A stretch of DNA of 64,000 nucleotides from Treponema sp. (GTDB lineage Bacteria; Spirochaetota; Spirochaetia; Treponematales; Treponemataceae). Location: NCBI GenBank assembly GCA_017470085.1, contig JAFUFE010000114.1, forward strand, positions 1,721-65,720, given 5' to 3'. Each line of letters opens with the position of its first letter. Position 1 is the first letter of the stretch. Position numbers and translations under genes: made by a program. The notes below the pieces were generated by a model that did not search any database, had not been told where the DNA came from, and saw only the letters and a program-made list of their open reading frames with translations. Positions 40,529 through 50,775 of this stretch are shown piece after piece.

Positions 40529-41860
40529 ATGAGTTTATTTGGTATTATTGCGGGGCTTGCTGTACTTGTCATTCTGACGTACAAAAATATGTCTATCCTC
40601 TGGGTAGCACCGATTGCAGCATTGGTTGTCGCAATTTTAGGTAAATTAAATCTGCTTGATGCGTATTTAGTTAACTACATGACCGGATTCGGCAATTATG
40701 CAAAATCGTGGTTTCCTATCTTCATGCTCGGTGCTATCTTCGGAAAATTGATGGACATCACGGGGGCAGCACGCGCTATCGGGAAATGGCTTTCCAGCTT
40801 TATGGGACCAAAACTCGCTATCGCAGCAGTTGTCATCACATGTGGTTTGCTTACCCTCGGTGGCATCTCGCTCTTTGTCGTTGTCTTCGTTATGTACCCG
40901 CTCGGCATAGAGCTTTTCCGCGAGGCAAACATCAGCCGCCGTCTGCTTCCGGGCGCTATTGCAGCAGGTGCGTTTACATTCTCCATGACTGCTATACCGG
41001 GCTCTCCGCAGCTGACAAACATCATCCCGACCCAGTACTTCGGAACAACCGCTACGGCAGCGCCGATTATCGGTAGCGTGTGCGCCATCATCATGGCGGC
41101 GTGCAGCATTCTCTGGTTGCAGTACCGCGCAAAGAAATTTGCCGCACGGGGCGAAGTATTTACAGAGCCCACAAATTTGAAGGCGGTTGACCCGAACGAA
41201 ACGCTGCCGGCATGGTTCCTTGCGTTGATCCCGCCGGTAGTAACAATCATACTGTACAACGTCATCAACCACATTCCTCGATTAGGTTTGAATACCACGC
41301 AGTCACTCGTTATCGGCCTGTTGGTTGGCATTGTGCTGTTGCTTGCGCTCTTTTTCAAACGGCTTGGCTCATTCAAAGATTTTGTTAGTACAATCAATGA
41401 AGGTGCGCACGGCTCTATGGCGGCTATTTTGAACACATCGGCAGGCGTTGGCTTTGGCGCAGTTGTTCAGGCAGTTCCCGGCTTCCAGACACTTGCTGGC
41501 ATTATGACCGGTGCCACAGGTATGCCGCCGCTCCTGGCAGAAGCAATCGGCATCAACGTGTTGGCAGGTGCAACGGGTTCTTCTTCGGGCGGTCTTTCAA
41601 TCGGGCTTTCTGCACTGCAAGACCAGCTCCTTGCGGCATCTGCTTCTTCGGGCATCTCTGTAGAAGCGTTCCACCGCGTTGCATCTATTGCAGCAGGCGG
41701 TCTCGATTCGCTCCCACAGTGCGGCGCAGTCATCACGTTGCTCGCTGTGTGCGGCCTCACAAACAAGGATTCGTACGCGGACATCGGCATGTGCTGCTGT
41801 GTGTTCCCGATTTTTGCTTGTATCGTCGCTATCATACTCGGCTCTATCGGTATTGTGTGA
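40529..41860 (+). CDS. GntP-family permease (second copy in window)
   Basis: ATG at 40529 follows AGGAGG. The polytopic 443-aa protein is MSLFGIIAGLAVLVILTYKN...; the ORF track extends 48 codons upstream. Confidence 0.8.
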   Translation: MSLFGIIAGLAVLVILTYKNMSILWVAPIAALVVAILGKLNLLDAYLVNYMTGFGNYAKSWFPIFMLGAIFGKLMDITGAARAIGKWLSSFMGPKLAIAAVVITCGLLTLGGISLFVVVFVMYPLGIELFREANISRRLLPGAIAAGAFTFSMTAIPGSPQLTNIIPTQYFGTTATAAPIIGSVCAIIMAACSILWLQYRAKKFAARGEVFTEPTNLKAVDPNETLPAWFLALIPPVVTIILYNVINHIPRLGLNTTQSLVIGLLVGIVLLLALFFKRLGSFKDFVSTINEGAHGSMAAILNTSAGVGFGAVVQAVPGFQTLAGIMTGATGMPPLLAEAIGINVLAGATGSSSGGLSIGLSALQDQLLAASASSGISVEAFHRVASIAAGGLDSLPQCGAVITLLAVCGLTNKDSYADIGMCCCVFPIFACIVAIILGSIGIV

Positions 41861-41886
41861 TTCAACTGATTTGTAATCACTGATCA

Positions 41887-41912
41887 GGCCTGCGGTATCG
41901 CAGGCCGTTTTC
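41887..41912 (+). terminator. Intrinsic terminator after the GntP permease gene
   Basis: GGCCTGCG-GTAT-CGCAGGCC followed by GTTTTC. Confidence 0.7.
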
Positions 41913-41992
41913 ATTCATCGCTCTCGTGGTGCGAAACTTTATTTTTTGACGAGGCAGATGCACCACCGTCAGGTGCACCATCGAGCGCGCGT

Positions 41993-42571
41993 TTACGCTT
42001 CCGTTCCCAAAAGCCCGATTTCCTGCGCATAGGGTTTCATGCCGTCGATGCAGATCTGCGCGACTTCCTCCACTGTCATATTGAGCAGAGCACAGCCGCG
42101 TTCGATCACCGCACGGTCACATTTTTCGGCAAACTTTTTATTCTTAAACTTTTTCATAACACTTGAGACCGCAAGATCGGTGATACCATGCGGACGCATA
42201 CGTGCCGTTGCACTGATAATACCGGTTAACTCATCGACCGCGTACAGACTTTTCTCCATAAGCGTGCGCGGCTCGATGTCATTTTCAAGCCCGTAGCCGT
42301 GGCTCATGATGGCGCGCACATCCTCCGCAGGAACGCCGGCAGCTAAAAGCGGCGCTTCGGTGTGCTGGAGATGTTCCGTCGGATATTTTTCATAGTCGTA
42401 ATCGTGCAGATAGCCAACCGCCTGCCACCGCTCCTCATCCTCACCAAAATGCCGCGCCATTGCGCCCATGGCCGCCATCACGTTCGTTGCGTGAATGATC
42501 AGATGCTCATCAGACACCATCGTGGCATTCAATTCTTTTGCTCGTGCAAGCGTCAATCGTTCCATAGTCAT
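41993..42571 (-). CDS. HD-domain metal-dependent phosphohydrolase
   Basis: 192 aa. H at IIHATNV and HD at YLHDYDYEKYP are typical of a small HD hydrolase (COG2316-like, from memory). Confidence 0.8.
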   Translation of the reverse strand: MTMERLTLARAKELNATMVSDEHLIIHATNVMAAMGAMARHFGEDEERWQAVGYLHDYDYEKYPTEHLQHTEAPLLAAGVPAEDVRAIMSHGYGLENDIEPRTLMEKSLYAVDELTGIISATARMRPHGITDLAVSSVMKKFKNKKFAEKCDRAVIERGCALLNMTVEEVAQICIDGMKPYAQEIGLLGTEA

Positions 42572-42676
42572 CCCCCTACGTAAAAAAATATCTGCACTGC
42601 CGCCATCGCCGGAGCCGCGCGCAGGGGAACGTATCTAAAATAGACGCTCCCCACCACCAGCAAACCGATGCCGCGA

Positions 42677-44848
42677 TCAACTGCTGATTGCTCCGAATAC
42701 CCGTTCTAAATCGGCATTAAATGTTTCAGTGCGCTCACGGAGGCCAGAAAGGAATTCATTGTCATCGATCGTGCCGAGTACTGCCGTCATCTCTGCCTGA
42801 TTACGATAGGTGATGGCGCGAAAATAATCGGTGAAGTCTTTTGAACGTGAGTCGACGGAATCAGTATATAAATCATTTGAAACAACGAGCACATCTGCAA
42901 TGATATCCCGATACAGTTCCGCGGTAAAGTCACCTATAGGACGGGAGTACAACTGCTCAAGCAGATAAAGCGCATACCGTGCTTTATGGGTTTGATACTC
43001 CGCATGGCATGCATCGTAAAATGCATGAACGGCATCCCACGTCGTAATCGAATTATTTTTTATGAGCATAAAAAGTTCGGCAATTTTTTCTTCGGGAATA
43101 ATCTGACCGCCAACGTTGAGCCAGCGCGTATAGAGCGGCAGCGATTGTATGTCGGCGAGCACTGGCGCTGTGAGCGTCTTTACCGAATGTGCGGCACAGT
43201 ATTCAATAATCGTGCGTGCTGCAAAGTATTTTACGATTTTACGGTACTCTCGATACGCCGCGATTGGTTTCAGAATGACTGCGCCGTACTTTTTCTGACA
43301 CTGCATATCGATGAGCGTACAGGAAGCATCAGCGTTCTGGTGCAAAAAATCCTTGGCGCGCTGATGTAACGCAGATGCATCCTGTGCAGCAAGCGCATCG
43401 GCATCCAGCACAGACAGCAGATAACTTTCCGTCAGCGTAATAATCCGCTCAAGCGCATTGATAATTTCCTGCATCGTGTCGGGAGCGAGTGGATCGGTTT
43501 CAATGTGCTGCACTTTTTTACTGCGGGTGTCTCGTTTTTTGAATTTGTAATTATTGCGCGCAATCGCAAACATGTTGAATAAAAACCAATACGCCGGAAT
43601 GATGTGCACCGGCGCGTCAGTTCCCCCGGAGGCAACCAACGAAAACGGATACGTGATATTTAGCTCATACTGATACGAGCCTTTCGCCACCAGCACGAAC
43701 GCAGCAAAACGGCTGTTATGTTTAAAGTCAGATGACAGGCCCGGCCAAAATCCGCGCTCGGCAACGATTTCTCCATCCGGGCTCCGCGAATTGTGGTTAC
43801 TGCCTATCGTCGCGCCAGCAGCGATGTTCGATTGTCCCATGACGGTGGTAGCTATCAAAAATGATGAATTGTGGTGTTGTTCATGAAAGGGAAAAATCAA
43901 ATTGTTCAAAAGCTCACAGCACGACACCGTGGAATTGTCGCCGAGCACGGAGTGTATGAGACGCGCGCCGTATTTGAGCTGACAGTTCCGCCCGATCACA
44001 AATCTGACGGCAACTGCTTGATAGAAGACGCGGCTTCCGTAGCCCATAATGCCGTTGACCATCTCTACGCCCTCACCGATTTGAGATGCTTCTTCTGACG
44101 ACGACAGAACGGTGATGTTCTTTAATTTAAACGCACCTTTGATGTACGTGCACTCCCCTATCCGTGCGTCTTTTATGAGCGTGGTATTTTTGATGACGGC
44201 GTTATCTCCAACGTGACCATATGTATCGTGCGCGCCTGAGTTTTCCGCTTCTGTCAGCGCAATGAATCGGCGCATCAGTACTTCGTCATCCCGATACCGT
44301 GACCACAGATAGGCGTCGGCGGGAATCATGCGTTCAAACGGCAGCACGGCGCGATTGCCGTTTTCATTTCCGACGCCGATCCAGATGCGGTTTTCTTCCG
44401 GCTCACCTGATTTTAAAATGCCGTTGCCAAATTTAGCGTGGGTAGTGCAGCTCATCTCCTGAATATTGAACAGCATTACCCGGTTGCCGATGCGGTAGTT
44501 CACCAGATATGCCACGTTGTGAACAGCGACATCATCGCCAAAGACGACATTTTCAATGTGTGCGTTGTACAGCCCAGTTCTGAGTTCCAAATCATGATAT
44601 TTCAACACCGCAGGTTGCAGCTGCCCCACAATTACGACGCCCGAAAACTCACAGCGGTGAATCTGATGTACATCAAACGACTGCGGCACCGCACAGACAA
44701 AGACATTCTGCCAGCGCCGGTCACTCGACGTGTTGCCATTTTTTTCAAGCACTGCAATCTCATCAGCAGTGAGCCGCCGCGTACCGGCGGGCGGTTCTTG
44801 CGGGATCGACTGTTCTGCCGCCGAATCCAGCACCGTCAACTGTACCAT
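42677..44848 (-). CDS. Large left-handed beta-helix-type protein, DUF4954-like (family recalled from memory)
   Basis: 723 aa from the ATG at 44848; the ORF track uses a GTG at 44875. Repeated hexapeptide-like I/V-G-x-x-x-x segments sit in the N-terminal two-thirds, with a helical C-terminus. Confidence 0.6.
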   Translation of the reverse strand: MVQLTVLDSAAEQSIPQEPPAGTRRLTADEIAVLEKNGNTSSDRRWQNVFVCAVPQSFDVHQIHRCEFSGVVIVGQLQPAVLKYHDLELRTGLYNAHIENVVFGDDVAVHNVAYLVNYRIGNRVMLFNIQEMSCTTHAKFGNGILKSGEPEENRIWIGVGNENGNRAVLPFERMIPADAYLWSRYRDDEVLMRRFIALTEAENSGAHDTYGHVGDNAVIKNTTLIKDARIGECTYIKGAFKLKNITVLSSSEEASQIGEGVEMVNGIMGYGSRVFYQAVAVRFVIGRNCQLKYGARLIHSVLGDNSTVSCCELLNNLIFPFHEQHHNSSFLIATTVMGQSNIAAGATIGSNHNSRSPDGEIVAERGFWPGLSSDFKHNSRFAAFVLVAKGSYQYELNITYPFSLVASGGTDAPVHIIPAYWFLFNMFAIARNNYKFKKRDTRSKKVQHIETDPLAPDTMQEIINALERIITLTESYLLSVLDADALAAQDASALHQRAKDFLHQNADASCTLIDMQCQKKYGAVILKPIAAYREYRKIVKYFAARTIIEYCAAHSVKTLTAPVLADIQSLPLYTRWLNVGGQIIPEEKIAELFMLIKNNSITTWDAVHAFYDACHAEYQTHKARYALYLLEQLYSRPIGDFTAELYRDIIADVLVVSNDLYTDSVDSRSKDFTDYFRAITYRNQAEMTAVLGTIDDNEFLSGLRERTETFNADLERVFGAISS

Positions 44849-44940
44849 ACCTATACGATAATGTGTTTGAACCACAATTTCAAGACGGAAACGCAGCAGA
44901 CGAAAAGATCGCCGCTACCCACTCTGCATCCCCCGGATAT

Positions 44941-46512
44941 TTACGGAAGTTCTCCTGTATCCAAACAGTCAAAGCCCGTAAGCAACGCTTTCACACGCGC
45001 AAGGATTTCTGCACACGAGCCGGCACGGAGACCTTCTACATTCAACGGCATCACTGGATCGTGGAGCGACAGACGCAACAACATCCAGCCGCGGACGTCT
45101 GCTTCATCAAACGAAAGGCGCACGCCCTCATATGATTCTGCAACCGTGTATCCGTTTTCACGAGCACGGCGTTCAAAAGCAGCGAGCACCGCATTGCCGT
45201 ATGGCAAAAAATCGTCCGCAGTGATTTTAAGGCGATATTCGTGTTCCTCACCGGGAAGCGCCGGAGGAAAATCGGCCAGCAGCTGTTCAATCGTCTGCCC
45301 TGACCGACGCGCAGCGGTGAGCGCGATGACAAACTCCACCGCCAAAAACGCGCCATCGTCCAAATACCAGTTGTCTTTGAGCGCACCGTGCCCGGACGTT
45401 TCCATGGCAAGCGGTGAGACCGTACCGTGGGCATTCAATTCCTTGCATTTGTTGATGACGTTTTTATAGCCGCGCTTATACCGCAGGTGCTTTACCTGTA
45501 AGCATTGCTCCAAAAAATACGTCAGCCGGTCTGAAGTGACCGAATCCGTTACGATAGTACTGCCAGGGTATCGCGGCGCAAGAATAGCTGCGGTCAGTGC
45601 GATGACGGCATCACGGTTTATCTCTGTCCCGTCCGCACATACCGCTGCCATACGGTCAACATCGGTGTCAAAAATAAAGCCAAAATCAGCCCGGCTCCGC
45701 ACAACCGCATTACGGAGCGCTGCCATGGCGGCCGCATTTTCAGGATTGGGAATGTGATGGGGGAACCGTCCGTCAGGTTCTAAAAAAACGCTCCCCGAAA
45801 TGTTCGCACCGAGCGGCGCCAATACGTCGGTTGCAAAAAAACCGCCCGCGCCGTTTCCCGCATCGACCACAAAGTGTATGCCTGAAAGCGGCCGGTCTGA
45901 TTCCGATACACCGAGCCCCGTACAGATAGCGTGCCGCAGATGCGCAGCGTAGCGGGGAAGCAACGCATACGCTGTACAGCGGTGATCAGAACTGGGCGAC
46001 ACGCTGCCATCCTGTAACCGTTCTGCGGCAGGCAGAGCACCGTCATCTTCCGGCTGAGGCGCAACACGCGCGGCAGCAGTCAAAAGGGCAGAAATATCAC
46101 TGTGCTCCAACCCACCGTTCCGGTCAAAAAATTTCATGCCGTTCCGATTATATGGCAAATGACTTGCGGTAAGCATAATCGCGCCGTCGAACTGCGTTTC
46201 AGGAAACACCGTCGCCATGAACAGCGCCGGTGTCGTCGCCATGCCGCAGTCAACCGCTTGCGCACCGCCCGCTGTTATACCGTCCACTGCGGCAGCAGAA
46301 AGCGCTTCCCCTGATATACGAGAATCGCGCCCGACCCCGATAACAAGCTCCGCTGCGGATGTGCCGCACTTTTCTGAAAGCCAAAAAACAAATGCCTGTG
46401 CAATAGACCGGCATGCGGACGGCGGAAACGTCACCGGCTCTCCGTTCACGCCGAAGACTGCCACGCCGCGGACATCGCTCCCATTCTGTAATTTCTGATA
46501 ATCAACTGCCAT
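44941..46512 (-). CDS. Phosphoglucomutase/phosphomannomutase family protein
   Basis: ATG at 46512 (MAVDYQKLQNGSDVRGVAV). Active-site loop is MLTASHLPYNRNGMKFF; metal loop is FDTDVDR. Confidence 0.9.
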   Translation of the reverse strand: MAVDYQKLQNGSDVRGVAVFGVNGEPVTFPPSACRSIAQAFVFWLSEKCGTSAAELVIGVGRDSRISGEALSAAAVDGITAGGAQAVDCGMATTPALFMATVFPETQFDGAIMLTASHLPYNRNGMKFFDRNGGLEHSDISALLTAAARVAPQPEDDGALPAAERLQDGSVSPSSDHRCTAYALLPRYAAHLRHAICTGLGVSESDRPLSGIHFVVDAGNGAGGFFATDVLAPLGANISGSVFLEPDGRFPHHIPNPENAAAMAALRNAVVRSRADFGFIFDTDVDRMAAVCADGTEINRDAVIALTAAILAPRYPGSTIVTDSVTSDRLTYFLEQCLQVKHLRYKRGYKNVINKCKELNAHGTVSPLAMETSGHGALKDNWYLDDGAFLAVEFVIALTAARRSGQTIEQLLADFPPALPGEEHEYRLKITADDFLPYGNAVLAAFERRARENGYTVAESYEGVRLSFDEADVRGWMLLRLSLHDPVMPLNVEGLRAGSCAEILARVKALLTGFDCLDTGELP

Positions 46513-46623
46513 AGCGCGTAGTATACTGCATCCACCGTGATTTGTCAGTGTGGTGTTCACCCTAAGCACTGCTGCCGTATCATGGCGTCAGGGCAATCGA
46601 TGTGTGTCACACAGCGTTACCCA

Positions 46624-47376
46624 CTATATACTGTAGTCCATAGGAATCAGCATGCGTTTAAGGAACTGGCGAGTGCGCTCCATCTGCGGATTGCAGAAGA
46701 ACGATGTGGGGTCGCCTTCTTCTACCACTACGCCGCCATCCATAAAGATGATGTGATTTGCTACGTCCTGCGCAAACGACATTTCGTGGGTCACAATAAT
46801 CATTGTGGTGCCTTCCTTGGCGAGCATTTTCATAACTGAAAGCACCTCGTCAATCAGTTCTGGGTCAAGCGCACTCGTCGGCTCGTCAAACAGAATGACG
46901 TCAGGATTCACGGCGATGGCGCGCGCAATGCCCACACGCTGTTGCTGCCCGCCGCTCAAACTGGACGGATAGTAATCGTAGCGATGCGACAGTCCCACTT
47001 TGTCCAACGCCTTTTTGGCAATCGTTTCGGCTTCTGCTTTGGGAATTTTGCGCGCGATTACCAAGCCTTCCATCACGTTTTCTAGCGCGGTCTTGTTGTT
47101 GAACAGATTATAGTCCTGAAACACAAATGCGGTCTTTTTGCGCACGGCGGCAATCGTTTTTTTTGACGCATGGGCAAGCGACGTGTGAATGTCATCAAAG
47201 TCCATGGTGCCTTCGTCCGCCGTTTCCAAAAAATTTAAGCACCGCAGCAACGTCGTTTTACCCGCGCCACTCGGACCGAGCACCGCTACCACGTCGCCTT
47301 TGTTCACGGTCACATCCACGCCGTTCAGTATCTTGTTTTTCTGAAACGATTTATGCACATTACGCACTTGCAACAT
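46624..47376 (-). CDS. Polar amino-acid ABC transporter ATP-binding protein
   Basis: ATG at 47376 ([11 protein letters not shown]). Walker [10 protein letters not shown], signature LSGGQQQRV, Walker [12 protein letters not shown]. Confidence 0.93.
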   Translation of the reverse strand: MLQVRNVHKSFQKNKILNGVDVTVNKGDVVAVLGPSGAGKTTLLRCLNFLETADEGTMDFDDIHTSLAHASKKTIAAVRKKTAFVFQDYNLFNNKTALENVMEGLVIARKIPKAEAETIAKKALDKVGLSHRYDYYPSSLSGGQQQRVGIARAIAVNPDVILFDEPTSALDPELIDEVLSVMKMLAKEGTTMIIVTHEMSFAQDVANHIIFMDGGVVVEEGDPTSFFCNPQMERTRQFLKRMLIPMDYSI

Positions 47377-47392
47377 ACGTATCTCCTGTACA

Positions 47393-48145
47393 TTACCCGC
47401 GTGCAAACAGCACCATGATGTGTGCAAACAGCCGTTTTTTCTGTCCACCAGTTGTGCTATTGCGTAACTGTTTTTCGATGAAATGGAACAAAAGTTGCAC
47501 CACCGAACACACGATGATGTACACCACAAACACGTCCAAATACGCTTCCACGTAATTATAGCCAAACGACGCTTCAATTTTTGCCACGGCGGTAATATCC
47601 TTTACCGCCATCATAAACGCAAGCGACGTATTTTTTATCAGCGTGACGGTGAGCGTACACAGATTGGGCACGGCAGACACCAACGCTTGCGGAATCACAA
47701 TGCGGCGGTACGACTGAAACGACGACAAGCCGATGCTCAACGCTGCCTCGTGCTGCCCTTTGTTCACCGTCTGGAGCGCAGAGCGGAACACCTCGCTCAT
47801 CGTGGCAATCGTGTTGAGCGTAAAGACCACGTAGGCGTACACAATCGGGTTTACGTCAAACACTTTGATGTTCAGATTCAGCTTGGTAAAAATCATGTTC
47901 AGAAAGCTGGGAAGTAGGCTGTACATCACCAAAATCTGCAAGACCATCGGCGTTCCGCGCATAATGGAAACATAGACCGTCCCCGGATACGCAATCGCCT
48001 TGATTTTTTTAAGCCGCGCAAACGCAATCGCAAACGCGGGCAAAACCGCAAGCAAAAACGAAACGACCGTGATGTTCAGCGTGACAGGAATCGCTTTGAG
48101 CGTAATGAAAAACGTCCGTACAAAAAATTCAGTGTTAATGCCCAT
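47393..48145 (-). CDS. Amino-acid ABC transporter permease
   Basis: ATG at 48145 (MGINTEFF). His/Glu/Gln/Arg-type permease with an [22 protein letters not shown] loop. Confidence 0.88.
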   Translation of the reverse strand: MGINTEFFVRTFFITLKAIPVTLNITVVSFLLAVLPAFAIAFARLKKIKAIAYPGTVYVSIMRGTPMVLQILVMYSLLPSFLNMIFTKLNLNIKVFDVNPIVYAYVVFTLNTIATMSEVFRSALQTVNKGQHEAALSIGLSSFQSYRRIVIPQALVSAVPNLCTLTVTLIKNTSLAFMMAVKDITAVAKIEASFGYNYVEAYLDVFVVYIIVCSVVQLLFHFIEKQLRNSTTGGQKKRLFAHIMVLFARG

Positions 48146-48842
48146 TTCGTATTCCGTTTGAGTGCACGTTTTCCAACTGCGCAAACGCTTTTTCAATGAT
48201 GAACGTAAGCATCCAATAGATAATCGCAAGCGCGAGGTACGTTTCAAGCGCATAGCCGCCGTAGTTGAGCGAAATCATGATGTTGCCCGCACCCATACTA
48301 TCAATCAGCCCGATGGTATACGCAAGCGAACCTTCTTTGAGGAGCGAAATGAGCGAGTTTCCGAGGTTTGGCAGCGCAATGACGAATGCCTGCGGCGCCA
48401 CAATGCGATACAGCGCCTGAAAACGAGAAAGACCGATGCTGACCGCCGCTTCGTACTGCCCTTTGTTCACCGAAAGATACGCGGAACGGATAATTTCGGC
48501 AAGCGAAGACGCATACAAAAGCGACAGCGCCGTAATGACCGCGACCGCTTTCGGCAAAAAATTGATGTTTATACCAAAGGCAGTCAAGAGCAGCTTAGGT
48601 ACACCGTAAAACACGATGAACAAAAGCACGATTGCCGGCGTACACCGCATTATCGCTATATAGCCGAACGCCAGCACTCTCGGTAGTTTTCTCTTACTCA
48701 CTGTTCCCTTTACGAGCAGCAGTGCGATAAGCAATCCACAAACGATAACGCCCACCATGATGCCAATGGTCACGCCAAGGTACGGAATAATTTTAGCGAA
48801 CGCTTTTAAAATCCACACCGGAGAAAACGTCCGATTCATCAA
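48135..48842 (-). CDS. Amino-acid ABC transporter permease
   Basis: 235 aa with an EAAVSIGLSRFQALYRIVAPQA loop; overlaps the next permease gene by 11 nt. Confidence 0.9.
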   Translation of the reverse strand: MMNRTFSPVWILKAFAKIIPYLGVTIGIMVGVIVCGLLIALLLVKGTVSKRKLPRVLAFGYIAIMRCTPAIVLLFIVFYGVPKLLLTAFGININFLPKAVAVITALSLLYASSLAEIIRSAYLSVNKGQYEAAVSIGLSRFQALYRIVAPQAFVIALPNLGNSLISLLKEGSLAYTIGLIDSMGAGNIMISLNYGGYALETYLALAIIYWMLTFIIEKAFAQLENVHSNGIRNGH

Positions 48843-48843
48843 C

Positions 48844-49689
48844 TTAGTCCGTTACAAAATTGAAAACATCCTCTCCAAAATATTTAAGAGAGAGCGCAGC
48901 AATCGTGCCATTATCCTGCAAAGTTTTGAGCGCCGTGTCATATGCATCCGCCAATTCCTGTTCGTTCTTGTTGAACAATGGCCACGTCGGAATACCACGA
49001 TACGGAACATAGGCCAAACGGCTGGCAAAACTGTGGTACGGTGCGCCATCTTTTTCCACGTTGTTCTGATACGACAGCTTGATATCGAAGAATGCATCGT
49101 AGCGACCTTCCAATACCCATGTATAGGCATCCGTTATGATAAATATTTCTGATGGCAGCAACTGAATCTGTGTGTCGGGATGCGTGTTATTAAAATCGAC
49201 CACCACATCGTACTGCGCACTCTGCGGTGCAATCGGCACGAGTTTTCCACTGAACTGGGCAAAGCTCACCAAGTCGTGAATCTGGTCAGCGTTTTCTCTG
49301 CGGAACGTAATGCCAATAATACTCGCACCAATTGGCTGTTTCGGGAAAATGTATTTTTTTGCGCGTTCCGCCGTTTTCCAAATACCTTTCGTTCCCAGCT
49401 GATATTTTCCAGATTCCACACCGATCAGCAAGTCATCATCAGATGTTGGATGGTATGCAAACTCATATTGTGGCAGCAGCCGGTCAATTTCTTTTAAAAC
49501 GGCAACCTCAAATCCATCCGATTTACCGGCATCGTTCACATAGCCATAGGGGGCATAGCTATATGTATGTGCACACGCAATTTTCCGAACGCCGGTTGCA
49601 GATGTCGCGTTGTTTTTCTTTGCGCACCCGCTCAACGCTATTGCTCCAATCAAAACCGTTGTTGATGCAACCAAAACTAATCTTTTCAT
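48844..49689 (-). CDS. Amino-acid ABC transporter substrate-binding lipoprotein
   Basis: 281 aa. Signal peptide with lipobox LSGC. Type-3 periplasmic binding-protein-like sequence. Confidence 0.85.
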   Translation of the reverse strand: MKRLVLVASTTVLIGAIALSGCAKKNNATSATGVRKIACAHTYSYAPYGYVNDAGKSDGFEVAVLKEIDRLLPQYEFAYHPTSDDDLLIGVESGKYQLGTKGIWKTAERAKKYIFPKQPIGASIIGITFRRENADQIHDLVSFAQFSGKLVPIAPQSAQYDVVVDFNNTHPDTQIQLLPSEIFIITDAYTWVLEGRYDAFFDIKLSYQNNVEKDGAPYHSFASRLAYVPYRGIPTWPLFNKNEQELADAYDTALKTLQDNGTIAALSLKYFGEDVFNFVTD

Positions 49690-49908
49690 ATATGTACCTC
49701 CTCTCTTTTAGAGACTCCATTAAGGGCGTTTTCTTTTACAGTCCCGCGCACCCACTCAAAGCGCGTCCAATCACTATCGTACGGTACAGTACAGGCCGCG
49801 CCCAAAATCAAGCCACCGCGGCCGGCTTTCCAAGAGCCGCTTTGTTTCTGTCATAGTGCACACCTGTTATGCTAACACAATTACCTAGTATTCACATAGG
49901 TATAAAAT

Positions 49909-49937
49909 ATTATATACCTAATTTCCCGCTCTATCAA
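49909..49937 (-). promoter_or_regulatory. Sigma-70 promoter TTGATA-N17-TATAAT for the amino-acid ABC operon
   Basis: Minus-strand TTGATA at 49937-49932 and TATAAT at 49914-49909; implies a 5' leader of about 210 nt. Confidence 0.6.
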
Positions 49938-49971
49938 TAGTGTGTCAGTTTTTATCTTTTTTGCATTTTTA

Positions 49972-50775
49972 TTATTGTAGCAGCATATCATCATTCGTTA
50001 TATTTTTTATCGCACGGAAGCGGGCAAACAGTTCGTCCATAGTGAGCCGCGACTTTTCTTCCGCGCCGATGTCCAGCAGAATGCTACCTGAGTCCATCAT
50101 CAAAAGGCGGTTTCCAACGTCGAGCGCGTGTTGCATATTGTGCGTGACCATCATCACGGTTAAGCCGTACTCGCGGGCAAAGCGCAGGGTTAGGTTCATC
50201 ACAATTTCGGCATTGGCGGGGTCGAGCGCGGCGGTGTGCTCGTCAAGCAAAAGCAGGTCGGGCTTACTCATTACCGCCATCAGCAGCGTGAGTGCTTGCC
50301 GTTGCCCGCCGCTGAATTGGTCTACGTTGTCGCGCAGGCGGTCTTCCAGCCCCATGTTCAGCACGGCAAGTTGCGAACGAAAGTAGTCGCGCATTTTGTT
50401 GTTCAGACTGATTCGTAAGCCTTTCGCGCCTTTTTTGGAGCAAATCATCATATTGTCTTCCAGGCTCATTTTGCCCGCCGTTCCCAACAGCGGATTCTGA
50501 AAAATGCGTCCGATGTACCGAGCGCGTTTGTATTCCGCGTCCTTGGTGATGTCCTGTGCGTCGCCGTTTTCCGCGCGGTCAAGCAGAATGCGCCCCGTGG
50601 TTGGCTGGAGCGTGCCCGCAATCACATTGTACAGTGTGGATTTTCCTGCACCGTTAGAGCCAATCACCGTAATAAAATCGCCCCGCTTGATTTGCACGTT
50701 GATGTCTTTGAGCGCATTATTTTCGTCGGGCGTGTGCGGGTTAAAGGTGATTCCAATATGTTCAAGCGTTAGCAT
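49972..50775 (-). CDS. ABC transporter ATP-binding protein (COG1101-type, partner of PF04392 binding protein)
   Basis: 267 aa. Walker A GSNGAGKST, signature FSGGQRQAL, Walker B LLLDEHTAALD. Confidence 0.9.
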   Translation of the reverse strand: MLTLEHIGITFNPHTPDENNALKDINVQIKRGDFITVIGSNGAGKSTLYNVIAGTLQPTTGRILLDRAENGDAQDITKDAEYKRARYIGRIFQNPLLGTAGKMSLEDNMMICSKKGAKGLRISLNNKMRDYFRSQLAVLNMGLEDRLRDNVDQFSGGQRQALTLLMAVMSKPDLLLLDEHTAALDPANAEIVMNLTLRFAREYGLTVMMVTHNMQHALDVGNRLLMMDSGSILLDIGAEEKSRLTMDELFARFRAIKNITNDDMLLQ

